From: an uncultured Alistipes sp.
Lineage (GTDB): Bacteria; Bacteroidota; Bacteroidia; Bacteroidales; Rikenellaceae
Length of the DNA: 46,567 bases
Assembly: GCA_900552955.1 (NCBI GenBank)
Contig: USBO01000001.1
Coordinates: 1 to 46,567 of the forward strand
Direction of reading: 5' to 3'
How positions within the stretch are numbered: the stretch's first letter is position 1; every line of letters begins with the position of its first letter. The notes below the pieces were generated by a model. It was not told the DNA's origin, ran no database searches, and worked only from the letters and a program-made list of their open reading frames with translations. Shown here piece after piece: positions 1 to 10,424 of the stretch. The translations under genes were made by a program, and so were the position numbers.

Positions 1-1
1 C

Positions 2-1051
2 ACCGCCTGCGGCATGGGGATCGACACGCCCGACGTGCGTTTCGTCGTCCACTACGCCATGCCCGACTCGCTCGAAAGCTACTACCAGGAGGCGGGCCGC
101 GCGGGCCGCGACGGTGCGCGCGCCTACGCCGTGCTGCTCGTGGCTCCCGACGACGCCGACCGCGTGCGGCGCCGTTTCGAGCTGCAATTCCCGCCGCTCG
201 ACCAGATCCGCGACATCTACGAGAAGGTCTGCTCCTACCTCCAGATCGGCATCGGCGACGGCGAACAGGCGTCGTTCGTCTTCAACCTCCACGACTTCTG
301 CGCCAAGTTCCGCCTCTTCGGAGGCAGGGTCACCAGCGCGCTGAAGCTGTTGCAGCAGAACGGCTACCTGACGCTCACCGACGAGATGCGCAATCCGGCG
401 CGCATCCTCTTCTGCATCAGCCGCGACGACCTCTACAAGCTGCGCGTGGTGCACGACGACCTCGACCACTTCATCCGCACCGTGCTGCGGCTCTACGACG
501 GCGTGTTCACCGACTTCCGCCCCATCGACGAACAGGAGATCGCCGCGGCGAGCGGCTACAAGGCGGAACGGGTCAGGGAGCTGTTCAAGCGGCTGTGGCA
601 GATGCGCGTGATCCGCTACATTCCGGCCAATCAGGCACCGATGCTCTTCTTCGACTGCGAGCGGCTGCCGGCGGCCGACCTCTACATCGCCCCCGAGACC
701 TACCGTCACCGGCAGGAGCTCACCGAGGAGCGTTTCTCGCATATGCTCGCGTATGCCGCCAACGAAACCGAGTGCCGGAGCATGCAGCTGGAACGCTATT
801 TCGGCGCGGCCGACCCCGCACCCTGCGGCGTCTGCGACCTCTGTCTGGCGGCCCGCAAACGCGAAAAAGCGGCCGCCGCGCCGCTCGACGACGACATTCT
901 GCAACGGCTCGCCGCCGAACCGCTCACGGTCAAGGAGCTGGCGGCGCACTTCCGCTGCGACGCCGAGCGGGTGCTCGAAGCCGTGGAACGATTGCAGCAC
1001 AGCGGCAAAATTTCGACGACGGAGAGCGGAAAACTCGCAATTATTCGGTAA
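2..1051 (+). CDS. recQ: RecQ-family ATP-dependent DNA helicase, C-terminal part (5'-truncated by window edge)
   Basis: Helicase motifs GMGID..DVRFVVH and [16 protein letters not shown]; RecQ zinc-binding motif CR...YFG...PCGVCDLC; C-terminal HTH. The reading frame is open from base 2. Confidence 0.9.
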   Translation, partial: TACGMGIDTPDVRFVVHYAMPDSLESYYQEAGRAGRDGARAYAVLLVAPDDADRVRRRFELQFPPLDQIRDIYEKVCSYLQIGIGDGEQASFVFNLHDFCAKFRLFGGRVTSALKLLQQNGYLTLTDEMRNPARILFCISRDDLYKLRVVHDDLDHFIRTVLRLYDGVFTDFRPIDEQEIAAASGYKAERVRELFKRLWQMRVIRYIPANQAPMLFFDCERLPAADLYIAPETYRHRQELTEERFSHMLAYAANETECRSMQLERYFGAADPAPCGVCDLCLAARKREKAAAAPLDDDILQRLAAEPLTVKELAAHFRCDAERVLEAVERLQHSGKISTTESGKLAIIR

Positions 1052-1056
1052 CTTTG
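1049..1056 (+). promoter_or_regulatory. Bacteroidota housekeeping promoter -7 box (TAACTTTG) for the exonuclease-methyltransferase-deacylase operon
   Basis: Exact TAnnTTTG match overlapping the recQ stop codon, 20 nt upstream of ATG 1077. Confidence 0.65.
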
Positions 1057-1076
1057 CCTCACCCGAAAGATTTCGC

Positions 1077-1679
1077 ATGGTACAACGAACGTTTCAACCC
1101 ACCATATCCAACGACCAGACCGCCGCGCTGCCCGCCGTGCTGTTCGACGGCCCGATCGTCGTCGTCGACGACGAGAAACGCATCGAGGCCGCCTGCCGCG
1201 AGCTGGCGTCGTCGCCCGTGCTGGGCTTCGACACCGAGACGCGGCCCTCGTTCAAGGCGGGGGTAACCTACCGCGTCGCGCTGCTGCAACTCTCCACCCC
1301 GCGCCGCTGCTATCTGTTCCGCCTCAACTGCATGCGTTTCGACAAACCGATCGTCAAGCTGCTCGAGAACAAGAACATCCTGAAGATCGGCGCCGACGTG
1401 GCGGGCGACATCCGCTCGCTCCACGCCCTGCGCCGCTTCCGCCCGGGCGGCTTCGTCGACCTGCAGCAGCTCGCGCCCGAGTGGGGCATCGAGGAGAAGA
1501 GCCTGCGCAAGCTCTCGGCCATCGTGCTGGGCAATCGCGTCTGGAAGGCCCAGCGGCTGAGCTACTGGGAGGCCGCGCAACTCACCGAGAAACAGATGCG
1601 TTACGCCGCCACCGACGCTTGGATATGTCCCGAAATCTATCGTACGCTGCAACACACCCCAAAACCCGACGACCGATGA
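1077..1679 (+). CDS. 3'-5' exonuclease, DEDDy (RNase D/WRN-like) domain protein
   Basis: ExoI motif VLGFDTETRP, ALLQLS, DLQ..A, SLRKLSA, ExoIII motif QMRYAATDAW. Start reassigned to ATG 1077 within ORF 753..1679. Confidence 0.88.
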   Translation: MVQRTFQPTISNDQTAALPAVLFDGPIVVVDDEKRIEAACRELASSPVLGFDTETRPSFKAGVTYRVALLQLSTPRRCYLFRLNCMRFDKPIVKLLENKNILKIGADVAGDIRSLHALRRFRPGGFVDLQQLAPEWGIEEKSLRKLSAIVLGNRVWKAQRLSYWEAAQLTEKQMRYAATDAWICPEIYRTLQHTPKPDDR

Positions 1680-2878
1680 CCGACCTACCCCGTATCTACC
1701 TGCGCAGAGGCAAAGAAGAGTCGCTGCTGCGCCGCCACCCCTGGATTTTCTCGGGCGCGATCGGGCGCGTGGAGTGTCCCTCCGACACGATCGCCGAGGG
1801 AGAGATCGTCGACGTCCGCACCGCCGCCGGCGACTTCATCGCCCGCGGCCACTATCAGATCGGATCGATCGCCGTGCGGGTGCTCACCTTCGACGACGAG
1901 CCCGTCGACGCCGCGTGGTGGCGCGAGCGCATCCGCTCTGCCTACGACGTGCGCCGCACGCTGGGGCTGGTCGGCAGCGCCGCAACGACCTGCTACCGCC
2001 TCGTCCACGGCGAAGGCGACTCGCTGCCCGGACTGGTGGTCGACATCTACGGCACGACGGCAGTCGTGCAGTGCCACTCGGTGGGGATGTACCGCTCGCG
2101 GATGCAGATCGCCGAGGCGCTCCGCGAAGTGTACGGCGCGCGCCTCACGGCAATCTACGACAAGAGTTCGCAGACCGTCCCCTACAAGGCGGGGCTGAAC
2201 GCCGTGGACGGCTACCTCGCGGGCAAGGCACCGTCGCCCGTCCAGGTGGTGCTGGAGAACGGCCACCGCTTTCTGGTCAACTGGGAGGAGGGGCAGAAGA
2301 CGGGCTTCTTCCTCGACCAGCGCTGCAACCGCGAACTGGTGGGCCGCTACGCCGCGGGCCGCACGGTGCTCAACACCTTCTGCTACACGGGCGGATTCTC
2401 GGTCTACGCCGCCGCGGGCGGTGCGAAGGAGGTCTGCTCGGTCGACGCCTCGGAGCGCGCGGTGCAACTGGCCGACGAGAACATGCGGCTCAACTTCGGC
2501 GACGCCTTCCCCCACACCACGCTGGCCTGCGATGCGGTGGAGCACCTCAAGCAGATCGGCGACCGCTACGATCTCATCATCCTCGACCCGCCGGCCTTCG
2601 CCAAGCACCACAAAGTGCTGGGCAACGCCATGCAGGGCTACAAACGTCTCAATGCGCGGGCGCTGTCGCAGATCCGCCCGGGCGGCATCCTCTTCACCTT
2701 CTCCTGCTCGCAGGCCGTCACGAAGGAGCTGTTCCGCACGACGGTCTTCTCGGCGGCGGCCATCGCCGGACGGCGCGTGCGCATCCTTTATTTTTTTTAG
2801 GATACGGCGTACAACGAGATCTACATCTATCACCCCGAGGGGGAGTACCTCAAAGGACTGGTGCTCTATGTGGAGTAA
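1676..2878 (+). CDS. rlmI: Class I SAM-dependent rRNA methyltransferase, RlmI/YccW family; in-frame TAG at 2798-2800 is probably an artefact
   Basis: PUA-like N-terminus RRHPWIFSGAI, GQKTGFFLDQR, VLNTFCYTGGFS, DLIILDPPAFAK. The conserved C-terminus IYHPEGEYLKGLVLYVE continues in the same frame after the TAG. ATGA overlap with the upstream gene. Confidence 0.82.
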
Positions 2879-3383
2879 ACCCTCCGACAGCGAGCGCATC
2901 GACGCCGTCACGGCGTGGCTCGATGCGGCGGGCATCCCCTACGACCTCTACTTCCACCCCGCCTCGCCCACGATCGACCTGGCCAAACGCCACTGGCGCG
3001 ACGACGGGTCGAAGCACTGCAAGAATCTCTTTTTCCGCAACCACAAGGGCGACCGGCACTATCTGGTCTCGTTCGACTGCGACCGCGAACTGGCCATCCG
3101 CGACCTCGAAGCGCGGCTGCATCAGGGCAAGCTGTCGTTCGCCTCGCCCCAGCGCATGCTGCGCTATCTGGGGCTGGAGCCCGGGTCGGTCTCGCCGTTC
3201 GGGCTCATCAACGACGCCGCGCACCACGTCCACCTCTTCCTCGACCGCAACCTGCTGCGCTGTCCGTCGCTGAGCTTCCACCCCAACGACTGCCGCGCCA
3301 CGGCGGTCGTCGCCCGCACCGAATTCGAACGCTACCTCGCGCTCGTGGGGAACAGCTACGAATACCTCGACCTCTACGAATAG
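2868..3383 (+). CDS. YbaK/ProX (PrdX)-family aminoacyl-tRNA deacylase (prolyl-tRNA synthetase associated domain protein)
   Basis: HCKNLFFRNHKG, KLSFAS, LGLEPGSVSPFGLIND, FHPNDC motifs. Start ATG 2868 overlaps the end of the methyltransferase. Confidence 0.85.
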   Translation: MWSKPSDSERIDAVTAWLDAAGIPYDLYFHPASPTIDLAKRHWRDDGSKHCKNLFFRNHKGDRHYLVSFDCDRELAIRDLEARLHQGKLSFASPQRMLRYLGLEPGSVSPFGLINDAAHHVHLFLDRNLLRCPSLSFHPNDCRATAVVARTEFERYLALVGNSYEYLDLYE

Positions 3384-3384
3384 A

Positions 3385-3410
3385 AAAACCGCCCCTCGCG
3401 GAGGCGGTTC
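3385..3410. terminator. Probable intrinsic terminator between convergent genes
   Basis: AACCGCC...GGCGGTT inverted repeat with an adjacent A-tract, between convergent stops at 3383 and 3431. Confidence 0.55.
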
Positions 3411-3430
3411 TCAGTGCGGATCCTTCGCCG

Positions 3431-4597
3431 TCACTCGTAAATCAGATACTTCTCGCGGAGCCGCGCGAAACGCTGCACGTCGGGCTGCCAGCGTGCGCGG
3501 ATCTCGGCTGCCGAACGGCCGTCGAGGATCATCCCGCGCACCCAGCCCACGCCGATGAGCTTCTCGAACATCGGCGTGAAGAACCCGTCGCCCAGCCCCA
3601 AGGCCCGATAGGCGTCGATCACGTAGTCGAGCGTCAGCCCCTCGGCGAGGATCTCCCCGCAGGGCTTGGCACTCAGGTCGACGCCGTGGCACAGACGCCC
3701 TTCGAGCGGCGGATGCTTGGCGCCGGCGGTCGGCCGCGGCGTGAAGGCGAACCCATAGCGATCGGCCGGCATGTCAGGATGGCCGTAGCACTCGAACGGG
3801 CGGTCGGTGCCGCGTCCCAGGCTCACGACCGTCCCCTCGAACAGGCAGATCGACGGGTAGAGATAGATCGAGCGCTGCGTCGGCAGGTTGGGCGACGGCG
3901 CCACTGGCAGCTCATAGCGCGTGGCATGGGTGTAGTTGCGGCACGGCACGACCGTCAGGTCACACGCCTTCGCCCAGCCCTCGCCCACGGCCATGCGGGC
4001 GATCTCGCCCATCGTCAGGCCGTGCACGACCGGAATCGGCAGCGCGCCGACGCCCGACTTATACTTCATGTCGAGTACGGGGCCGTCGACATACGATCCG
4101 TTGGGATTGGGGCGATCCAGCACGACGACCGCACGGCCGAAATCGGCGCAGGCGTCCATCATGCGCAGCATGGATATATAATAGGTATAGAAGCGCAGCC
4201 CCACATCCTGCATGTCGACCAGCAGCACGTCGAACGAGCGCATCGCCTCGTCCGACGGCCGGCGCGTGCGGCCGTCGTAGAGCGAGCGGATCGGCACGCC
4301 CGTACGTTCGTCGACCGAGCTGGCGACGTGCTCGCCCGCATCGGCCGTGCCGCGGAATCCGTGCTCGGGCGAGAAGATCGCCGTCAGGCGCACGCCGCAG
4401 CGGTGCAGCAGGTCGACCAGATGTTCGTCGCCCACGCACGAGGTCTGGTTGGCCAGCACGGCCACGCGCCGCCCGCGCAGTAGCGGAAAGTAGGCCGCCG
4501 TATCGGCTGCACCGACCGCGACCTCGTCCGCCGGAGCACCCGAGCAGACCAGCGGCAGCAGGCAGCACAGCAGCCAGAGAAGCAAAAGTCTGCGCAT
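3431..4597 (-). CDS. namZ: DUF1343 / NamZ-family exo-beta-N-acetylmuramidase (GH171), secreted
   Basis: Signal peptide MRRLLLLWLLCC; IFSPEHGFRG, DMQDVGLRFYTY, VLDRPNPNG, HGLTMGEIA, PSPNLPT, GRGT motifs; ends KYLIYE. Confidence 0.85.
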   Translation of the reverse strand: MRRLLLLWLLCCLLPLVCSGAPADEVAVGAADTAAYFPLLRGRRVAVLANQTSCVGDEHLVDLLHRCGVRLTAIFSPEHGFRGTADAGEHVASSVDERTGVPIRSLYDGRTRRPSDEAMRSFDVLLVDMQDVGLRFYTYYISMLRMMDACADFGRAVVVLDRPNPNGSYVDGPVLDMKYKSGVGALPIPVVHGLTMGEIARMAVGEGWAKACDLTVVPCRNYTHATRYELPVAPSPNLPTQRSIYLYPSICLFEGTVVSLGRGTDRPFECYGHPDMPADRYGFAFTPRPTAGAKHPPLEGRLCHGVDLSAKPCGEILAEGLTLDYVIDAYRALGLGDGFFTPMFEKLIGVGWVRGMILDGRSAAEIRARWQPDVQRFARLREKYLIYE

Positions 4598-4608
4598 CGT
4601 TCCCCCGT

Positions 4609-5799
4609 TTATCGGTTCATATCTTCGGCCAGCGCCTCGGCCAGGGCGCGGCAGGCCGGTTCGATCGCCGCCGAATAGCCCTGCTTCAGCTCGACGGGCG
4701 TGCCGACCAACGGCCACTTCATCGCCTCGGCGAACTCCGTCATGCGGCGCACGGCGGCACCCGCCCACGTAAAGGAGCCGAAGCAGGCGAAGCGGCGGTG
4801 CGGAATGCAGCGCTCCGCGATCTGATGCAGCAGCGCGTCGACCGGCGGGTAGAGCTGACCGTTGTAGGTCGGCGACCCCACGACGAGCGTGTCGTAGCGG
4901 AAGATGTCGCGCAGCACGTGCGACACATCGGCCGTCGAGAGGTTGTAGACGACGATCGGCCGCACGCCCGCAGCAGCCAACTCGCGCGCCACGGTCTCGG
5001 CCGCACGCTCCGTATTGCCGTACATCGAACCGTAGGCCACCACCGCGCCCGGCTCGCCCTCGTAGCGGCTCATGCGGTCGTAGAGCGACACCACGCGGGC
5101 GATCTCGCGGCGCCACACGGGGCCGTGCGTCGAGCAGATCATGGCGATGTCGAGCGGTGCGACCTTCGCCAGCGCCCGCTGCACGGGCTGGCCGTACTTG
5201 CCCACGATGCAGGCGTAGTAGCGGCGCATCTCCTCCCAGAAGGGCTCGACGTCGAGCTCCTCGTCGGTGATGCCGCCGTTCAGCGCGCCGAACGTGCCGA
5301 ACGCATCGCCCGAGAAGATCGTCCGCTCCTCGGGGCACCACGTGGCCATCGTCTCGGGCCAGTGCACCATCGGAATCAGGGTGAATGTCAGCGTCAGCCC
5401 GCCCAGATCGAGCGTCGCGCCCTCCTTCGCCTCGACCGTCCCGCCAGCGATGCCGTAGTAGCCCTCGACCATTTGCAGGGTCTTGGCATTGCCCACGATC
5501 CGCACGTCGGGATAGGCCTGCCGCACAGCGGCGATCGACGCCGAGTGGTCGGGCTCCATGTGGTTGATGACCAGGTAGTCCAGCGGCCGGTCGCCCAGCC
5601 GCTCACGGAGGTTGGCCAGCAGCCGCCCCGTGAAGCCGGCGTCGACCGTGTCGATGAGCGCCGTCCGCTCGCCGCAGACCAGGTAGGCGTTGTACGACAC
5701 GCCGAGCGGCAGCGACCACAGCCCCTCGAAGAGGTGCTTGGTGCGGTCGTTGACCCCGACATAGAATATACGATCCGTGAGTTCTGTCAGATCTTTCAT
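4609..5799 (-). CDS. fprA: FprA-family flavodiiron protein (metallo-beta-lactamase plus flavodoxin domains)
   Basis: GVSYNAYL, NHMEPDHS, HWPETM, FSGDAFG, HGPVW and flavodoxin motif YGSMYGNT...GSPTYN. Confidence 0.9.
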   Translation of the reverse strand: MKDLTELTDRIFYVGVNDRTKHLFEGLWSLPLGVSYNAYLVCGERTALIDTVDAGFTGRLLANLRERLGDRPLDYLVINHMEPDHSASIAAVRQAYPDVRIVGNAKTLQMVEGYYGIAGGTVEAKEGATLDLGGLTLTFTLIPMVHWPETMATWCPEERTIFSGDAFGTFGALNGGITDEELDVEPFWEEMRRYYACIVGKYGQPVQRALAKVAPLDIAMICSTHGPVWRREIARVVSLYDRMSRYEGEPGAVVAYGSMYGNTERAAETVARELAAAGVRPIVVYNLSTADVSHVLRDIFRYDTLVVGSPTYNGQLYPPVDALLHQIAERCIPHRRFACFGSFTWAGAAVRRMTEFAEAMKWPLVGTPVELKQGYSAAIEPACRALAEALAEDMNR

Positions 5800-5846
5800 A
5801 ACGGATACAGTTTATTTATCGAATACATTTCATTTCCGGTTCGGCC

Positions 5847-6959
<1,113 letters not shown>

Positions 6960-7018
6960 AGGCAACACTTTAAATCAATTCGCGCGCCGCAGCCCGGCGG
7001 GCCCGAAACGCGCGACAA

Positions 7019-7026
7019 CAAAGGTA
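7019..7026 (-). promoter_or_regulatory. -7 promoter box (TACCTTTG) for prfB-fprA-namZ
   Basis: Exact TAnnTTTG on the minus strand about 60 nt upstream of the prfB ATG. Confidence 0.7.
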
Positions 7027-7111
7027 CGATTTTTTTTCGAAACAACGAACGGAGCCCCTCCCCCGCCGGCCGATCGTCTTCAGCTCCCGCCCGTCATCCG
7101 CCGATACCGGC

Positions 7112-7158
7112 AAAAAGCAGGAGACCTTCCATATCCTACGATACGTCAGGTCTCCTGC
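7112..7158 (-). terminator. Intrinsic terminator downstream of tRNA-His
   Basis: 11-bp inverted repeat GCAGGAGACCT (7117-7127) / AGGTCTCCTGC (7148-7158), followed by T5 on the minus strand. Confidence 0.7.
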
Positions 7159-7177
7159 ATTGTCTGAAATCGCTGAG

Positions 7178-7252
7178 GGTGGAAGATGGGATTCGAACCC
7201 ACGACCTTCGGAACCACAATCCGTCACTCTAACCGACTGAGCTACATCCACC
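7178..7252 (-). tRNA. tRNA-His (GTG), CCA not encoded
   Basis: Reverse complement GGTGGATGTAGCTCAGTCGGTTAGAGTGACGGATTGTGGTTCCGAAGGTCGTGGGTTCGAATCCCATCTTCCACC: G-1/C73 identity pair, D-arm, GTG anticodon, GTTCGAATC T-loop. Confidence 0.95.
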
Positions 7253-7291
7253 GTTTCGATCCGCTGAGCCTCCGCTCCGCAAATCGGTGTG

Positions 7292-7299
7292 CAAATGTA
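7292..7299 (-). promoter_or_regulatory. -7 promoter box (TACATTTG) for tRNA-His
   Basis: Exact TAnnTTTG on the minus strand 40 nt upstream of the tRNA. Confidence 0.7.
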
Positions 7300-7460
7300 A
7301 TACGTTTTTTCGTACCGTGCAAGGATTTCGGCCGAAAATTATTGCAAAGCGACCGCAGAAACTCCCCGCACGACCGCCGGCGGCTCCCGCCGGCACCGGC
7401 CGAAAGAGCCGAAAAGAACGAAATATGCGACGGAACATCCTGCCGCAGACGAAATTTTCG

Positions 7461-7468
7461 TACCTTTG
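7461..7468 (+). promoter_or_regulatory. -7 promoter box (TACCTTTG) for the DUF3575 gene
   Basis: Exact TAnnTTTG 18 nt upstream of ATG 7487. Confidence 0.7.
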
Positions 7469-7486
7469 TCCGCATATCCCGTTCAA

Positions 7487-8197
7487 ATGAAACGCTTCGG
7501 TATCCTAACGCTCCTGCTGCTCGCCGCGCTGTCGCATCCGTCGACGGCAGCAGCGCAGATCTATGCGAAACTCAACGGGCTCTACGCACTCGCGGGAGTC
7601 GTCAACCCCGCCGTGGAGTTCCGGCTGACCGACCATTCGGCCTTTCAGACCGAGTTCGTCTACTCGCCGTGGCAGTCGATCAATGTCGACGGCCGGAGCA
7701 AGCCGATGCACTTCGGCATCTTCCTCAACGAATACCGCCACTACTTCCGCGGCTATGCCCGCGGCTGGTACGTGGGCGGCAACGTCGGCATGATGGCCTT
7801 CCGCATGTCGAAACCCTATGTCGAGAGGGGTCATCTGCGCCTGGAAGAGCGTTACAGCAAGGGCTACGGATTCATGTTCGGCGCCTGCGCGGGCTACGAA
7901 CGCATCTTCCGCGAAAGGTGGATATTCGACGTGTTTTTCGGATGGTCGTGGATGACGAGCTTCTACAACGGCTACGACCTCGACGGCCGCACGCAGATGG
8001 AGCCGCACCGCCCCGTGCAGCCGCTGCACCCCGACCCCTTCAACGGGTCGTCGGAGTGGTATCCCAACAAGATCGGCGTCTCGATCGGCATCCGCATCTA
8101 CGACCCCGAGCTGCACCGTCTGCGCAGCGAAGCGCGGCGCACGCGCAAATCCGCAGCCCGTCCCGCGACGCACCGTCCCGCAATCGTGTCAAAATGA
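7487..8197 (+). CDS. DUF3575-family outer-membrane beta-barrel protein
   Basis: Signal peptide; K.N.LYA..G..N...EF, YSPW, EYRHYF, GWYVG, G...GY and PNKIGVSIG pattern typical of Bacteroidota DUF3575. Confidence 0.7.
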   Translation: MKRFGILTLLLLAALSHPSTAAAQIYAKLNGLYALAGVVNPAVEFRLTDHSAFQTEFVYSPWQSINVDGRSKPMHFGIFLNEYRHYFRGYARGWYVGGNVGMMAFRMSKPYVERGHLRLEERYSKGYGFMFGACAGYERIFRERWIFDVFFGWSWMTSFYNGYDLDGRTQMEPHRPVQPLHPDPFNGSSEWYPNKIGVSIGIRIYDPELHRLRSEARRTRKSAARPATHRPAIVSK

Positions 8198-8258
8198 CAG
8201 CCCCGATCTGACAAAACCGACACGGAATCTGCCAAAAACCGTTTGGCATATCATTTGT
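8187..8258 (+). promoter_or_regulatory. Candidate sigma54-type promoter (TGGCATATCATTTGT) with upstream TGACA/TGTCA/TGCCA boxes for groES-groEL
   Basis: TGGCA-N6-TTGT at 8244-8258 has -24/-12 spacing. Palindrome TGTCA-AAA-TGACA at 8187-8199, TGACA at 8209, TGCCA at 8230. Confidence 0.5.
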
Positions 8259-8352
8259 CGGACTCGTCCCCGAAACAGAAAGAGCGGGTCGGCACGACCA
8301 TACCGGCAAACGCCCGCAACGAACGAATGTCAAACCAAATAATAACAGAACT

Positions 8353-8622
8353 ATGAACGTAAAACCTTTATCGGACAGAGTGCTCATTCTCCCGAACCCC
8401 GCTGAGGAGAAGACCGCAGGCGGACTCATCATCCCCGACACCGCCAAAGAGAAGCCGCTGGCAGGCAAAGTGGTGGCCGTAGGCCCCGGCACGGCGGAGA
8501 TCAAGATGGAGGTCAAGGTCGGCGACCAGGTGCTCTACGGCAAGTATGCCGGCACGGAGATCAACGTCGACGGCACGGACTACCTCATCATGAAGCAGTC
8601 GGACATTCTGGCCGCATTGTAA
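8353..8622 (+). CDS. groES: Co-chaperonin GroES
   Basis: [12 protein letters not shown]...[18 protein letters not shown]...GKVVAVGPG...[13 protein letters not shown]. Confidence 0.98.
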   Translation: MNVKPLSDRVLILPNPAEEKTAGGLIIPDTAKEKPLAGKVVAVGPGTAEIKMEVKVGDQVLYGKYAGTEINVDGTDYLIMKQSDILAAL

Positions 8623-8638
8623 TTTCCCCGATTCGTAA

Positions 8639-10294
<1,656 letters not shown>

Positions 10295-10317
10295 TCCGTC
10301 TCCATACGAATGCAAGC

Positions 10318-10348
10318 GAGCGCCGTCGGAATCCGACGGCGCTCTTTT
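10318..10348 (+). terminator. Intrinsic terminator of groESL
   Basis: Perfect stem GAGCGCCGTCGG-aat-CCGACGGCGCTC followed by TTTT. Confidence 0.85.
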
Positions 10349-10377
10349 CACATACAGAAGGGAGGGCTGCAAATGAA

Positions 10378-10407
10378 GCAGGGAGGCACCGTTCGGTACC
10401 TCCCTGC
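10378..10407 (-). terminator. Stem-loop downstream of the GH78 gene (probable terminator)
   Basis: GCAGGGAGG(C)ACCG-tt-CGGT(A)CCTCCCTGC inverted repeat 17 nt past the GH78 stop. Confidence 0.55.
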
Positions 10408-10424
10408 CGTATCGTCGGGCGAAG

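Noticed and set aside
2791..2800. Poly-T tract plus in-frame TAG as phase variation, pseudogenisation or stop-codon readthrough (e.g. pyrrolysine)
   Set aside because: The segment matches the Illumina P5 adapter and replaces conserved codons without changing length, so an artefact is the simpler explanation.
7040..7260. tRNA-His as an integration site for a mobile element
   Set aside because: No integrase and no duplicated tRNA 3' end were seen in the window, and the flanking genes are housekeeping.
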